Source: a virus
Lineage: Duplodnaviria > Heunggongvirae > Uroviricota > Caudoviricetes
Virus record (IMG/VR): IMGVR_UViG_3300047472_000248
Coordinates: 1 to 52,314 of that record
DNA length: 52,314 nucleotides
Reading direction: 5' to 3' (one strand)
Under the pieces are notes generated by a model. That model had not been told where the DNA came from and ran no database searches. It saw only the letters and a list, made by a program, of their open reading frames with translations. Positions 16,840 to 26,530 of this stretch are shown piece after piece. Each line of letters opens with the position of its first letter. Positions within the stretch are counted from its first letter, which is position 1. Made by a program: the position numbers and the translations under genes.

Positions 16840-17634
16840 ATGCTGATGGCGTTCTCGCCCGGCTCTGCCATCGGCGTCGACATCCCCCTCATCGACACAA
16901 CGGGCAATCCGCTGGTGCCGGTGGGGTTGCGGTGGCGGCTGGTCGACGAGAGCGAAACCGAGCTGCAGGCCTGGACCGACATCGAGATCGACGCTGTGCC
17001 GCCGGTCTTGGTCTCGGTCACGGTCGATTCGACCCTCAACCTGCTGCCGGCCGGCGCCGCCCGCGGCATCCGCACCGTCTACCTGGAGGTCTCGACCGAG
17101 AACGGCGTCGTCGATCTCAGCTACTCGTTCATGCTGCAGGCGGTCACGACGCTGATCGTGCCGAGCAACAGCTTCGTGACCTACAACGAGGCCCTCCTGA
17201 TCGGGGCGGACTTCTCGAACCTGACGGCCTGGGCCGCGGCGACGCGCCCGGCAGCCGAGACGGCGCTGATCGAAGCCCGCCGCCGGCTGGTGCGTCTGAA
17301 CATCGACCCGAACATCCTCGACGCCCAGGACCGGCTGACGTCGGACGTGGTGGTCTCGATCACCTACCGGCTCGAAGACCTGACGCTCGACCAATTTCGC
17401 GGCCTCGAGTCGCACCTGGCGGTGCGTCTGAAGCGCGCGCAGATCATCGAGGCCAACGAGATCCTGAAGGGCGACCCGCTGCGCTCGGGCAACAGCGACG
17501 GCCTGTCCTCGCTCACCGTGGGCGAGAGCACGCAGTTCTATCGTGAGAGCCGCCCGGTGAACATGGGCCTCTGTCGCGATGCCTACATCGAGATCGCGCG
17601 CTTCGTGCGCGGCGTGAGGCTCGGCCGGCGATGA
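16840..17634 (+). CDS. Head-tail adaptor-like protein
   Basis: NSFVTYNEA motif and SLTVGES C-terminal motif typical of adaptor/DnaT-like connector proteins; position. Confidence 0.65.
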   Translation: MLMAFSPGSAIGVDIPLIDTTGNPLVPVGLRWRLVDESETELQAWTDIEIDAVPPVLVSVTVDSTLNLLPAGAARGIRTVYLEVSTENGVVDLSYSFMLQAVTTLIVPSNSFVTYNEALLIGADFSNLTAWAAATRPAAETALIEARRRLVRLNIDPNILDAQDRLTSDVVVSITYRLEDLTLDQFRGLESHLAVRLKRAQIIEANEILKGDPLRSGNSDGLSSLTVGESTQFYRESRPVNMGLCRDAYIEIARFVRGVRLGRR

Positions 17635-18335
17635 ACGCGCCCGACCTCTTCGACCGCCTGGCCGACGAGACGGCCACGCACTACGAGGCCTACGTCGGGA
17701 TGCTGGCTGGCAGCTACCACGCGGCCGTCGAGGGCCTGGCCGGCGGCGCGCTGCATGCGACCCATGTGGGTGCTGCCGTGGCATCGCGCGCCATCCGCGC
17801 GGTCTTCACGGCCATCGTGCTGCCTGGCGTGCATGCCGGCGTCGCCCGGGCTGCGAAGGAGGGCGCGATCGCCGCCGGCGCAGTCGACGTTCCGTCCGAG
17901 ACCCGCCAGGTCTACCAGGAGGCGGCCACTGCCGCGCTCGGGCACTTTGCCCGGCACGACGCCAACACCGCCCAGCGGAAGATCCGCGAGCTTTCGATGC
18001 GCTACGAGCTGGCACGCCGCACGATGGCGCCGCCGGCGGCGCAGCTCGCCGCCACCGGCCAGCTGAAGACCGACGCCTTCTCGCTGCTCGACCGCGCCGG
18101 CCGCGCCTACAAGTCGGTCGACTTCGTCCGCCAGGCCATGCGTGGCTGGATGGTGCTCGCCTACGCCGACGGCTTCGTCGAGACGCTGATGCAAGACCAC
18201 TTCCAGATCGTCGATGGTGACGAGACCACCGAGGTGTCGGTGCTGGGCGACGGCGAGCACAGCTGGGGAGCCCTGCGCGATTCCCTGCACCCGAACACCC
18301 GCGCGACGCTGCGCCCGGTCCCGAAGGAGGACTGA
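17631..18335 (+). CDS. Head morphogenesis-like protein
   Basis: DRAGRAY...HPNTR motifs reminiscent of MuF/gp7-type proteins; coupled to its neighbours. Confidence 0.5.
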   Translation: MNAPDLFDRLADETATHYEAYVGMLAGSYHAAVEGLAGGALHATHVGAAVASRAIRAVFTAIVLPGVHAGVARAAKEGAIAAGAVDVPSETRQVYQEAATAALGHFARHDANTAQRKIRELSMRYELARRTMAPPAAQLAATGQLKTDAFSLLDRAGRAYKSVDFVRQAMRGWMVLAYADGFVETLMQDHFQIVDGDETTEVSVLGDGEHSWGALRDSLHPNTRATLRPVPKED

Positions 18336-18676
18336 TGCTGCGCCCGACGCTTTCGATGAGCATTCTGCGCAAGGTCGGCAACGACTTGCGCGGCCAGCCC
18401 AGGCTGTGCCCGATCGGCAGCGAGCTGTTCGCGCCGGTGAAGCTCGAGTTCAGCTCGACCCATTCCACGGTGCGCACCGACTCCTCCGGGTCGCGCGGCG
18501 CGGCCGACGAGGCAATGGGCAACGTCATCATTCTGTGCGTGCCGGCGACCAAGGTCCGCCTGGACGACCAGCTCGTGATCGATGGCCACCAGCTGCGCGT
18601 CACGAAGACCCACAAGCGCTACACGCCCACCGGCGTTCTCGACCACGTCCAGGTCTGGTGCGAACTATGGGCATGA
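18335..18676 (+). CDS. Head closure (stopper) protein
   Basis: 113 aa, beta-rich; position. Confidence 0.65.
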   Translation: MLRPTLSMSILRKVGNDLRGQPRLCPIGSELFAPVKLEFSSTHSTVRTDSSGSRGAADEAMGNVIILCVPATKVRLDDQLVIDGHQLRVTKTHKRYTPTGVLDHVQVWCELWA

Positions 18677-19182
18677 CCTGGAACTTCAATCCGGGCGCGC
18701 TCGAGGCATCGATCAGCCAGACCGGAGACCGCGCCGTCAAGGGCATGAGCGAGCGCATGCAGAGGGTGGCACTGAAGGTGCGCGACCTGGCACGTGCCTA
18801 CGCCCCGCGCAAGACCGGCGCCCTCGAAGACGCGATCGACTACGAGAAGTTGCGCGACGGCGCGAACCGCAACTCCTTCGTCGTCTACGTCGACACCTCG
18901 CACCCCTCGGGCGACCACCTGGTGGGCGACTACGCCTTCATCATGGAAGAGGAGCTGCACCCCTTCGGCCGCAAAGCCCCGGGCGGCCGCTACTACAACC
19001 TCGGGCCGGGCTCGCGCGCCAAGGGCGGCGCCGTGGGTGGCAAGTTCCTCGAGCGGGCGGTCGCCGAGGGCATCGCCGGCCTGGGCGCGGGTCTCCTAGA
19101 CGACGTGCGCCGGGCCGTGCGCGGCTCGAGCCTCATCAACACCGTGCTGCGGCCAACCCCGATCGGCGGAGCTGACGAATGA
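18673..19182 (+). CDS. HK97 gp10-like tail completion protein
   Basis: ARAYAPRKTGALED...FLERA motifs; ATGA-coupled start. Confidence 0.8.
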   Translation: MTWNFNPGALEASISQTGDRAVKGMSERMQRVALKVRDLARAYAPRKTGALEDAIDYEKLRDGANRNSFVVYVDTSHPSGDHLVGDYAFIMEEELHPFGRKAPGGRYYNLGPGSRAKGGAVGGKFLERAVAEGIAGLGAGLLDDVRRAVRGSSLINTVLRPTPIGGADE

Positions 19183-19565
19183 AACTCGACCCCCTGGTTG
19201 ACCTTCTCGAGGCAGCCGACTGCGGCACCTCCGGCGAAACGATCTTCACCTACAAGATGCCGGTTGAATGCGTCGAAGGCATCCTGCTGCAGGACAGCTA
19301 CTTCGGCACACCCATCGACTGGGATCTGCCGGGCTACCGGCGCGGCCAGTTCCGTCTCGTCACGCGCTCGCGCGACTGGGACGCCGGCAACGCGCTGGCG
19401 CAGGCCGCGAGCGATGCCTTGACGATGCAGCAGCCCGTTCAGCTGGACGGCATGCTGATGAAGCAGTGCCTGCCGCAGAACGACCCGCGCAGCTATCACC
19501 GCAGCGCCGGCAACTACTGGGAATTCGAGGTGGACTTCAACGCCACCCACGTGCTGACGCCCTGA
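19179..19565 (+). CDS. Tail terminator protein
   Basis: 128 aa; directly precedes the tail tube gene. Confidence 0.7.
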   Translation: MKLDPLVDLLEAADCGTSGETIFTYKMPVECVEGILLQDSYFGTPIDWDLPGYRRGQFRLVTRSRDWDAGNALAQAASDALTMQQPVQLDGMLMKQCLPQNDPRSYHRSAGNYWEFEVDFNATHVLTP

Positions 19566-19567
19566 AT

Positions 19568-19597
19568 TTGGTCCTTTCCCTGGGCGGATAGTAGACT
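19568..19597 (+). promoter_or_regulatory. Sigma70-like promoter for the tail tube gene
   Basis: TTGGTC, 18 bp, TAGACT, then 1 nt and the operator. Confidence 0.55.
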
Positions 19598-19599
19598 CA

Positions 19600-19611
19600 G
19601 TCAGTCCTGAC
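19600..19611. promoter_or_regulatory. Operator (#8)
   Basis: AGTCAGtcCTGACTTAC upstream of the tail tube gene. Confidence 0.85.
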
Positions 19612-19637
19612 TTACTAATCCGCTCACAGGAGAACAG

Positions 19638-20498
19638 ATGACCTCTAGCACCAAGAACGTGAAGCTCGGCGTCTGCCAGGTCTTTTACGACAACCGCGAC
19701 CAGGGCTACACCCAGGGTGGCGTGGAGGTCACCGTTTCGACGGACACCTACCAGGTCGTGATCGACCAGTTCGGCAAGACCCCGATCAACGAATACATCC
19801 AAGGCCGTCAGGTGTCCGTCAAGGTCCCGCTGGCCGAAACCACGCTGCGCACCCTGATCCAGACGATGCCGGGCGCCACGCTCGTGACCGACGGCGTCCA
19901 AGCCAGCGGCACGGTGACCGCGGCGTCGAACCCGACGGCTGCGAACAAGGTGACGGTCGCCGGCCAGGACTTCTCGTTCCAGGCGGGCAACCCGACCACG
20001 GTCTACCAGGTGAAGCTCGGCGCGACCACGGCCCTGTCCATGCAGGCGATGTGCGACGCGATCAACCTGTCGCCGGTGGCGAATACGCAGGGCGGCGTCT
20101 CGGCCTCGCTGAACACGGCCGGCACGGTCCTGACGATCGCCTGCGACGACCCGGGCACGGGTGGCAACACGATCACCCTGGGCGTGACCGGCTCCGGCCT
20201 GACGGCTTCGGGCGCGAACCTCGCGGGTGGCGTTGTCGAGACGAAGGCGCGCGTCGACGTGCCGACCGGCGTGGGCATCGACATGCTGACGATCGCCAAG
20301 CAGCTTCGTCTGCACCCGATCGCCAACGCCCCGACCGACTACTCCGAGGACTTCATCGTCTACAAGACGGCGACCCCGGGCGCGCTCAGCTTCGCCTACA
20401 AGACCGATGCCGAGCGGATCTACAACTGCGAGTTCAAGGCCTACCCGGACCCGACGAGCTCGAAGCTGTTCTCGATCGGCGATCCGCTCGCCGCCTGA
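19638..20498 (+). CDS. Major tail (tube) protein with an inserted beta domain
   Basis: LGVC..F...G.TQGGVEV...DQFG and FKAYPD motifs; Thr/Gly/Ala-rich insert in the middle. Confidence 0.88.
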   Translation: MTSSTKNVKLGVCQVFYDNRDQGYTQGGVEVTVSTDTYQVVIDQFGKTPINEYIQGRQVSVKVPLAETTLRTLIQTMPGATLVTDGVQASGTVTAASNPTAANKVTVAGQDFSFQAGNPTTVYQVKLGATTALSMQAMCDAINLSPVANTQGGVSASLNTAGTVLTIACDDPGTGGNTITLGVTGSGLTASGANLAGGVVETKARVDVPTGVGIDMLTIAKQLRLHPIANAPTDYSEDFIVYKTATPGALSFAYKTDAERIYNCEFKAYPDPTSSKLFSIGDPLAA

Positions 20499-20503
20499 CG
20501 TAA

Positions 20504-20515
20504 GTCAGCTCTGAC
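20504..20515. promoter_or_regulatory. Operator (#9)
   Basis: GTAAGTCAGctCTGACT upstream of the tail chaperone gene. Confidence 0.85.
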
Positions 20516-20587
20516 TCTGCGCCGGCCCTGTGTGGCCGGCGCACGTCCCACAACTCGCACCCCATTTATCGGCCTGGAGGCACCCCC

Positions 20588-20944
20588 ATGAAGATCCTGA
20601 ATCTCGACGCATTCGCTGCGCCCAAGCGCTCGTTCACCTTCGGTGGCAAGGACTACCTGATCCGCGACATCAGCGTCGACGACTTCATCCAGAACATGAA
20701 CCTCGTCGAAGAGATCGAGGCCGCCGGCAAGACCGACCACGCCAAGGCGAAGGTCGAGCTGGCCAAGCAGATGGTCAAGAGCGCCGTGCCCGACCTGTCG
20801 GACGCAGTCCTGGCGACGATGGGCATCGAGCAGATCGGCGTGCTGATGCGCTTCATTCGTGGCGAGTTCGACCCCCAAGCGATTGCTGACGGCATTGCCG
20901 AAGGCATGCAACCGGAGGGCGACGCCGAAAAAAAGTCAGTCTGA
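20588..20944 (+). CDS. Tail assembly chaperone (G-like)
   Basis: Lies between tail tube and tape measure genes; ends in a slippery A-run. Confidence 0.85.
   Translation: MKILNLDAFAAPKRSFTFGGKDYLIRDISVDDFIQNMNLVEEIEAAGKTDHAKAKVELAKQMVKSAVPDLSDAVLATMGIEQIGVLMRFIRGEFDPQAIADGIAEGMQPEGDAEKKSV
20929..20935 (+). other. -1 programmed ribosomal frameshift site (A AAA AAG)
   Basis: GAA AAA AAG precedes the stop; the -1 frame is open to 21258. Confidence 0.85.
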
Positions 20945-21258
20945 TCCAGGAGATCGACCTGGGCTACCTGATCGCCCGGGTCATGAGGGTCTACCACATG
21001 CCGCTGCGCGCGGTGCTGGACACCCCCATGAAGACCTTCTGGTTCCTCTCCGGTTCGGTGCGGCGCCTGCTCGCTGAAGAGCGGCGCGACCAGCTTGAGG
21101 TGCTCGTCAGCGCGAACCACGGCGAGTCTGCCGCCGCGCTCTTCACTCGCCTGGACGAGGAAGCACCCCAGGCCGTAACGCTGACCACGGCTGCTCAGAT
21201 CGCCGCGACCAGCAAGCCTGACCCGGGAGCTGCGGACACGCTGCGCGCGCTCATGTAA
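20929..21258 (+). CDS. Tail assembly chaperone T portion (frameshifted GT product)
   Basis: -1 frame reads VSLIQEIDLGYLIARVMRVYHM...; no convincing independent start. Confidence 0.8.
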   Translation, partial: KKVSLIQEIDLGYLIARVMRVYHMPLRAVLDTPMKTFWFLSGSVRRLLAEERRDQLEVLVSANHGESAAALFTRLDEEAPQAVTLTTAAQIAATSKPDPGAADTLRALM

Positions 21259-21281
21259 CCCATCACGACCACGACACCAGC

Positions 21282-24200
21282 ATGAGCGGCCAAAACGACA
21301 TCGTCATCAACCTGACCCTCGACAACAAGGACTTCGCGGTCCGGGTCAAGGATTCGTCGGGGTTGCTCAAGCAGATGGGGTCCGACCTGCAGAAGACCGC
21401 AGCGTCTGCCAAGTCGCTCGACAACAACTCGGTCTCGCTCGGGAAGCGCTTCCGGGACATGGTCGTCACCGCCGGCGGCCTGCGCTTCGCGTTGATGGAC
21501 ATCAACGATGTCTTCCTGCGGCTGCCGGCGTCGATCCTGAAGACCGCCGGTGAGCTGGAGCAGACGCAGGTGCTGCTCGCGGGTCTCTCGACCCAGGCCA
21601 CGAAGTCTGCCCGCGAGATCGAGGCGGCCACCAACTTCAAGTTCATCACCGACCTGGCCAAGCGCGCGCCGTTCGAGGTCAGCGCGCTCAGCGATGCCTT
21701 CGTCAAGCTGAAGTCGGCCGGCATCGACCCGACGAAGGGCTCGCTGCAGACGCTCGTCAATTCGGTTGCGCAGTTCGGGGGCGACTCCGAGACGCTCAAG
21801 CGCGCGACCGTCGCGATTCAGCAGATGGCGGGCAAGGGCGTCGTCTCGATGGAAGAGCTTCGCCAGCAGCTCGGCGAGGCGGTGCCCACGGCAATGCAGG
21901 CCATGGCCACCGGCATGGGCCTCTCGATGGCCGACCTCACCAAGGCGGTCAGCAAGGGCACGGTCGAAGCGCAGGACGCCATCAACAAGATGTTCGTCGT
22001 GCTGGACCTGCAGAGCCGCGGCAGCGCCGACGAGCTGATGGGGACCTGGAAGGGCACGCTCGCTCAGCTGAAGACGGACTGGGACCTGGCCGCGCTCGAC
22101 ATCGGCAAGGCAGGCTTCTCCGACGCGGTGAAGGACGTCGCCAAGCAGCTGGGCGCGCTGCTCAACAACAACGAATTCAAGCGCTTCGCCGTCGACCTCG
22201 GACAAGACCTAGCATCGGTCGTGCGCGCCGGCGCCGATGTCGTGAAGTTCATGAGCGACTATGCCGACATCCTGAAGGTCGTCGCGACCGGGGTGTTGAT
22301 CTACAAGGCATCGTCCAACTTCCTCGCCCCCTCGCTGGTTGCGCTGAAGCAGGGCGTCGGCGATCTGGTCGCGGTCTACAAGACGCAATCGGCCGCCGCA
22401 ACCTCTGCGGCACTGGAAACCCAGCAGGCCGCGATCACCACCGTGCGCGCCAACCAGACGCGCCTGGAGTCCGAGCGCACGACCGCTGCCGGCATCGTTG
22501 CGAGCAAGCAGCAGGAGCTCGAGTTCCTTCGCGCGATCGGCGCGCAACAGATCGCCCAGGCCAATGCAATGGCGGCGGCCTACCAGGAAGCGGTGAACCG
22601 CGGGCAGGGCGTCAAGGGTGCCGCCTTCGGTGAGAAGGGCGTCATCAGCCAGGCCGCAGCGCGCGATCAGCTTGCCGCCATCGAGCAGGTCTCTGCTGCG
22701 AACACCCGGGCGCGCCTGCAAGTGCAAGCCGACATGGCCGCGGCCGCTGCTGCCCAGAAGGCTGCGGGGGCTGCAGCGGCCGAGCATGCCGCCCAGATCG
22801 TCAAGATCGAGGCCGCCGGCGTGAGTGCCGGCCGCGGCATCTCGGCGATGAAGACGGCCGCCGCCGGCGCCGCGCTCGCGTTCAACGCGCTGGGCGGCTG
22901 GCTGACCGTGCTGAACCTGGCGATCACCGCGGGCATCTACCTGTGGTCGACCTGGACATCCGAAGCCGACAAGGCAACGGCGGCGACTGAGCGTGCGAAG
23001 CGTGCCAAGCAGGGGCTCAGCAACGCAGCGGACGAAGCAGACGCGCAGAACACCGCTGACCAGGCGCGGGCTCGCAAGGCGGCCTCTCAGGCGGCGTTCG
23101 ACCGCGAACAGGCACTGCTCGATGCCTCCAACGGCAAGAACCCCGGTATCGACGACAAGCGCCGGCAGCGCCTGGCAGCGATCAAGCAGTCGATGGACGA
23201 AGACCAGGCCACGATCGACAAGTTCCAGGCCGAGGCGCTCAGCCACAAGAAGGTCATCGCCGACCGGTCTGCGAAGGAAGAGGCCGACATCTACCTGCGC
23301 CAGGCCGACGACGAGGTCAAGGCCATCGAGAACGCCGCGGCCGTCAAGCGCTTCGCGCTGGACAAGACGTTCAAGGACGAGGATGCTGCCGCAGGCAACG
23401 ACGACGCCAAGCGCAAGGCTGCCGCGCTCAAGCACGGCAACGCGATCAAGGGCCTCAGTTCCGACACATCGAAGCAGACGAAGGACCTTCTGCAGTCCAA
23501 GCTCGACGCGCTGGACCTGTCCGGCACGGGCGACAAGGCCAACGTTGCCGCTGCCGAGGCCGCCGGCCTGCAGCAGCGCTTCGACGACGTCCAGAACCGC
23601 CTGGACAACGTCGCGAAGGCCTTCGAGCCGAACAAGGTCCTGAACACCAAGGGCAACAAGGGCGACAAGACGCCGGTCGAGAGCAAGATCGATGCCTTCA
23701 TCGGCAACCTGAAAGAGCAGCAGGCCAAGATGGAGGCCGAGCTCCCGAGCCTGCTCAGCACGTTCGGGAAGATCGATGCGGCCGCCGGCGCGATCGCCGA
23801 GGTGCAGGCCAAGTTCGAGAGCGGCGACTTCACCGAGCGCGTGAAGGGCGCCGACGGCTCGACGTCCAAGGTCAAGCCGTCTTCCGGCCAGCTCGACATC
23901 GCGAAGAAGCAGGCCGCCTACAACGCCCAGCTCTCTGAGGTTTTCACTGGCATCAAAGCGCTGTCGGACCGCGCGAATGACCTGGAGCCCGACTACCAGC
24001 ACGCGCTCGCGGTGCTCGCCAATCCGCTCACGGCCGACCAGGACAAGCGTTCGAACCAGTTCGACGAGTTCATCGCCAAGCTGAAGCAGACGCCCGAAGC
24101 GCTGCAGGACGTCGCGAACAAGGTCGGGATTTCGTCCGATGCAGTGCTCAGCAAGCTGCAGGCCGGCTCGCGCAAGGCCGCGACGATCGACTATGCCGCA

Positions 24201-25052
24201 GGCTACAAGGACCTGGCAGACCAGGTTGACAAATACGGCACGCAGATCCTCGACACCGAGCGCGACCGCACGGCCGCGTCGATCGCGCTCGACAACAAGC
24301 TCTTCCAGATCCGGATGGATCACCTGCGGCAGCTCGCGATCGCGGCCGGCGCGTCGCCCGAGCAGCAACAGCAGCTCGAGGACCTGATCGCCAAGGCACA
24401 GTCCGATAAGGCCGTGCTCGACGCGCGCCAGCTCGAGACGCCGATGCAGAAGATGCTGCGCGACTGGCAGGACACCACCAAGCAGATGCAGGATGCCTCT
24501 GCCCAGTGGGGCCAGGAGACGATCGACACCTTCGTGAATGCGGCCAAGACCGGCAAGTTTGAATGGAAGAGCCTGATCGAGGACATCCTGGCGGGCTACC
24601 TGAAGATCCAGGCACAGAAGGCACTGGGGCCCGCGCTCGACTCGGGCTTCAGCGCGGCCGGCAGCTTCTTCACCAACCTCATGAGCAGCTTCGCCGGCGG
24701 CTTTGCCACGGGCGGCGTGCTGTCGTCGATGGGGTCTGTGCCGCTGAAGAAGTATGCGGCCGGCGGCATCGCCAACAGCCCGCAGATGGCGCTGATCGGG
24801 GAGGGCGACGACAACGAGGCCTACGTGCCGCTGCCCGACGGCCGGCGCATCCCGGTCGCGCTGCAGGGGGCGGGCGCCGCTGCTGCGCCCAACGTGCAGG
24901 TCAACGTCATCAACCAGTCTGGCACGCCCGTCTCGGCCCAGCAGAGCCAGCCGCGGTTCGACGGCAAGCAAATGATCCTCGACGTCGTGCTGTCGGCTGC
25001 GTCGACGCCCGGCACGTTCCGTGATCAGCTCCGACAAGTCAGTAAGTCCTAA
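21282..25052 (+). CDS. Tape measure protein
   Basis: 1256 aa, Ala/Gln-rich helical; N-terminal APFEV...GKGVVSMEELRQQL and C-terminal FATGG...GEGD.EAYVPL motifs. Confidence 0.95.
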   Translation: MSGQNDIVINLTLDNKDFAVRVKDSSGLLKQMGSDLQKTAASAKSLDNNSVSLGKRFRDMVVTAGGLRFALMDINDVFLRLPASILKTAGELEQTQVLLAGLSTQATKSAREIEAATNFKFITDLAKRAPFEVSALSDAFVKLKSAGIDPTKGSLQTLVNSVAQFGGDSETLKRATVAIQQMAGKGVVSMEELRQQLGEAVPTAMQAMATGMGLSMADLTKAVSKGTVEAQDAINKMFVVLDLQSRGSADELMGTWKGTLAQLKTDWDLAALDIGKAGFSDAVKDVAKQLGALLNNNEFKRFAVDLGQDLASVVRAGADVVKFMSDYADILKVVATGVLIYKASSNFLAPSLVALKQGVGDLVAVYKTQSAAATSAALETQQAAITTVRANQTRLESERTTAAGIVASKQQELEFLRAIGAQQIAQANAMAAAYQEAVNRGQGVKGAAFGEKGVISQAAARDQLAAIEQVSAANTRARLQVQADMAAAAAAQKAAGAAAAEHAAQIVKIEAAGVSAGRGISAMKTAAAGAALAFNALGGWLTVLNLAITAGIYLWSTWTSEADKATAATERAKRAKQGLSNAADEADAQNTADQARARKAASQAAFDREQALLDASNGKNPGIDDKRRQRLAAIKQSMDEDQATIDKFQAEALSHKKVIADRSAKEEADIYLRQADDEVKAIENAAAVKRFALDKTFKDEDAAAGNDDAKRKAAALKHGNAIKGLSSDTSKQTKDLLQSKLDALDLSGTGDKANVAAAEAAGLQQRFDDVQNRLDNVAKAFEPNKVLNTKGNKGDKTPVESKIDAFIGNLKEQQAKMEAELPSLLSTFGKIDAAAGAIAEVQAKFESGDFTERVKGADGSTSKVKPSSGQLDIAKKQAAYNAQLSEVFTGIKALSDRANDLEPDYQHALAVLANPLTADQDKRSNQFDEFIAKLKQTPEALQDVANKVGISSDAVLSKLQAGSRKAATIDYAAGYKDLADQVDKYGTQILDTERDRTAASIALDNKLFQIRMDHLRQLAIAAGASPEQQQQLEDLIAKAQSDKAVLDARQLETPMQKMLRDWQDTTKQMQDASAQWGQETIDTFVNAAKTGKFEWKSLIEDILAGYLKIQAQKALGPALDSGFSAAGSFFTNLMSSFAGGFATGGVLSSMGSVPLKKYAAGGIANSPQMALIGEGDDNEAYVPLPDGRRIPVALQGAGAAAAPNVQVNVINQSGTPVSAQQSQPRFDGKQMILDVVLSAASTPGTFRDQLRQVSKS

Positions 25053-25055
25053 CCT

Positions 25056-25421
25056 ATGTCCGATCCCAACTTTCCCATCCTGCATGACAACTGGCTGCCC
25101 GACAGCGCGCAGCACGGCGAGACCCCTGAGGACCCGACGCTGCGCTCCGACATCGAGGGTGGCTACGTCATCACGCGCCCCAAGCACACGCGCAAGCCGC
25201 GGCGCACCTGGAAGGGCGGCTACAAGGACCTCATCAGCCAGGACAAGACGCTGCTGGACGACTTCTGGGACGCGGTGACCGGCGCGGTCATCTTCAACTG
25301 GACGAACCCTGAGAGCAGCGTCGTCTACCAGGTTCGTTTCACCAAGCCGATCGAGTGGTCCTACACCGGCATCGGGCCGACGCGGCGCTGGAGTTGCTCG
25401 TTCGAAGTCATGCAAGCATAA
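25056..25421 (+). CDS. Distal tail protein (lambda gpM-like)
   Basis: First gene after the tape measure; GAVIFNWTNP...VRF motif. Confidence 0.75.
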   Translation: MSDPNFPILHDNWLPDSAQHGETPEDPTLRSDIEGGYVITRPKHTRKPRRTWKGGYKDLISQDKTLLDDFWDAVTGAVIFNWTNPESSVVYQVRFTKPIEWSYTGIGPTRRWSCSFEVMQA

Positions 25422-25433
25422 TCGGCGCCATAA

Positions 25434-25445
25434 GTCAGAGCTGAC
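25434..25445. promoter_or_regulatory. Operator (#10)
   Basis: CATAAGTCAGagCTGACTTATG with perfect 10-bp arms. Confidence 0.88.
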
Positions 25446-25473
25446 TTATGCCTTTATCCGTCGGAGATCGTAA

Positions 25474-25485
25474 GTCAGGACTGAC
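25474..25485. promoter_or_regulatory. Operator (#11)
   Basis: GTAAGTCAGgaCTGACT, 40 bp from #10 and 3 nt before the gpL-like ATG. Confidence 0.85.
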
Positions 25486-25488
25486 TGA

Positions 25489-26121
25489 ATGCCTCAATCC
25501 CTCTCCCTCGCCACTGCCATCGAGAAGAACCGGCTGTCTTCGGACGTGCCGTTCCTGCTCTTGGTGGACATCGAGGTGGTGGACCCCGCGACCGGTGTGA
25601 TCGTGCAAGTGCTCCACGTCGCGCGAAACCCCGAGCAGGTTGTCTTCGGCGGGAACACCTACGAGGCGGGCACCTTCGACGTGTCGGTCACGACCTCGTC
25701 GGGCGAGCAGCCGGATGTGTCGCTCTCGGTCAACGACTACACCCAGACGCTGCAGTTCTACATGCAGGCCTATGGCGGCGGCGTGGGCTCTAACGTCACG
25801 CTCTACGTCGTCAACGGCAGCGCGCTCGACGACCCGCCCGAGGTGATGGAGTTCTTCCAGATCACCGGGGCCACGTCGCAGAACTACGTCTCGCAGTTCA
25901 CGCTCGGCGCCGAGAACACGCTGATGCGCACCTTCCCGGCGCGCGCCCAGAACCGCGACTTCTGCAGCTGGCGCTACAAGAGCGCCGAGTGTGGCTACAC
26001 GGGGTCGATGACCTCGTGCGACCTGACGCTGCAGGGCGACAACGGCTGCGCGGCACACGCCAACTCGATCAACTTCGGCGGCTTCCCCGGGCTGAACGCC
26101 AATGACGTTCGCTACGGCTGA
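25489..26121 (+). CDS. Tail tip protein (gpL-like)
   Basis: C-terminal Cys cluster (C.WRY...ECGY...C......C...NFGGFPG). Confidence 0.85.
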   Translation: MPQSLSLATAIEKNRLSSDVPFLLLVDIEVVDPATGVIVQVLHVARNPEQVVFGGNTYEAGTFDVSVTTSSGEQPDVSLSVNDYTQTLQFYMQAYGGGVGSNVTLYVVNGSALDDPPEVMEFFQITGATSQNYVSQFTLGAENTLMRTFPARAQNRDFCSWRYKSAECGYTGSMTSCDLTLQGDNGCAAHANSINFGGFPGLNANDVRYG

Positions 26122-26530
26122 TCTACCGCCGTCGCACGGCGTCTGCCCGCCCTGGGCAGACCTGATCGGCGTTCCCTTCGAGAAGAAGGCACGCGGTCCG
26201 AAGTCGTTCGACTGCTTCGGCCTGGTCGCAGAGATGCGCCGGCGCGCTGGGCTCGTCACGCCCGACTACATCCATCCGGCCGACCTGCAGGTGATCGCTG
26301 ACGCCATGGAGGCCGCCGAGCCCATGTGGACGCGGTGCAAGCCAGGGAAGGGCGCGCTCATCGCCATCCGCCTGCCGCTGGTGGGCGGCGGCCGCGTGAC
26401 GCACGTCGCCTTTCAGGTCTCGCCCCACGACTTCATTCACACCTGGGAGGGCACACGCAGCGTCGTGAAGGAACGCCTCTCCGATTGGACCCACCGCATC
26501 GCGGGCTTCTACCGCTACGACCCGCAATGA
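26102..26530 (+). CDS. NlpC/P60 tail assembly protein (gpK-like)
   Basis: FDCFGLV (catalytic Cys), THVA and FIHT motifs. Confidence 0.9.
   Translation: MTFATADLPPSHGVCPPWADLIGVPFEKKARGPKSFDCFGLVAEMRRRAGLVTPDYIHPADLQVIADAMEAAEPMWTRCKPGKGALIAIRLPLVGGGRVTHVAFQVSPHDFIHTWEGTRSVVKERLSDWTHRIAGFYRYDPQ

Noticed and set aside
20933-20946. Operator-like AAGTCAG-t-CTGAT at the frameshift site, and half-sites near 2412 and 25036
   Set aside because: Wrong spacer or only one half-site, so not counted.
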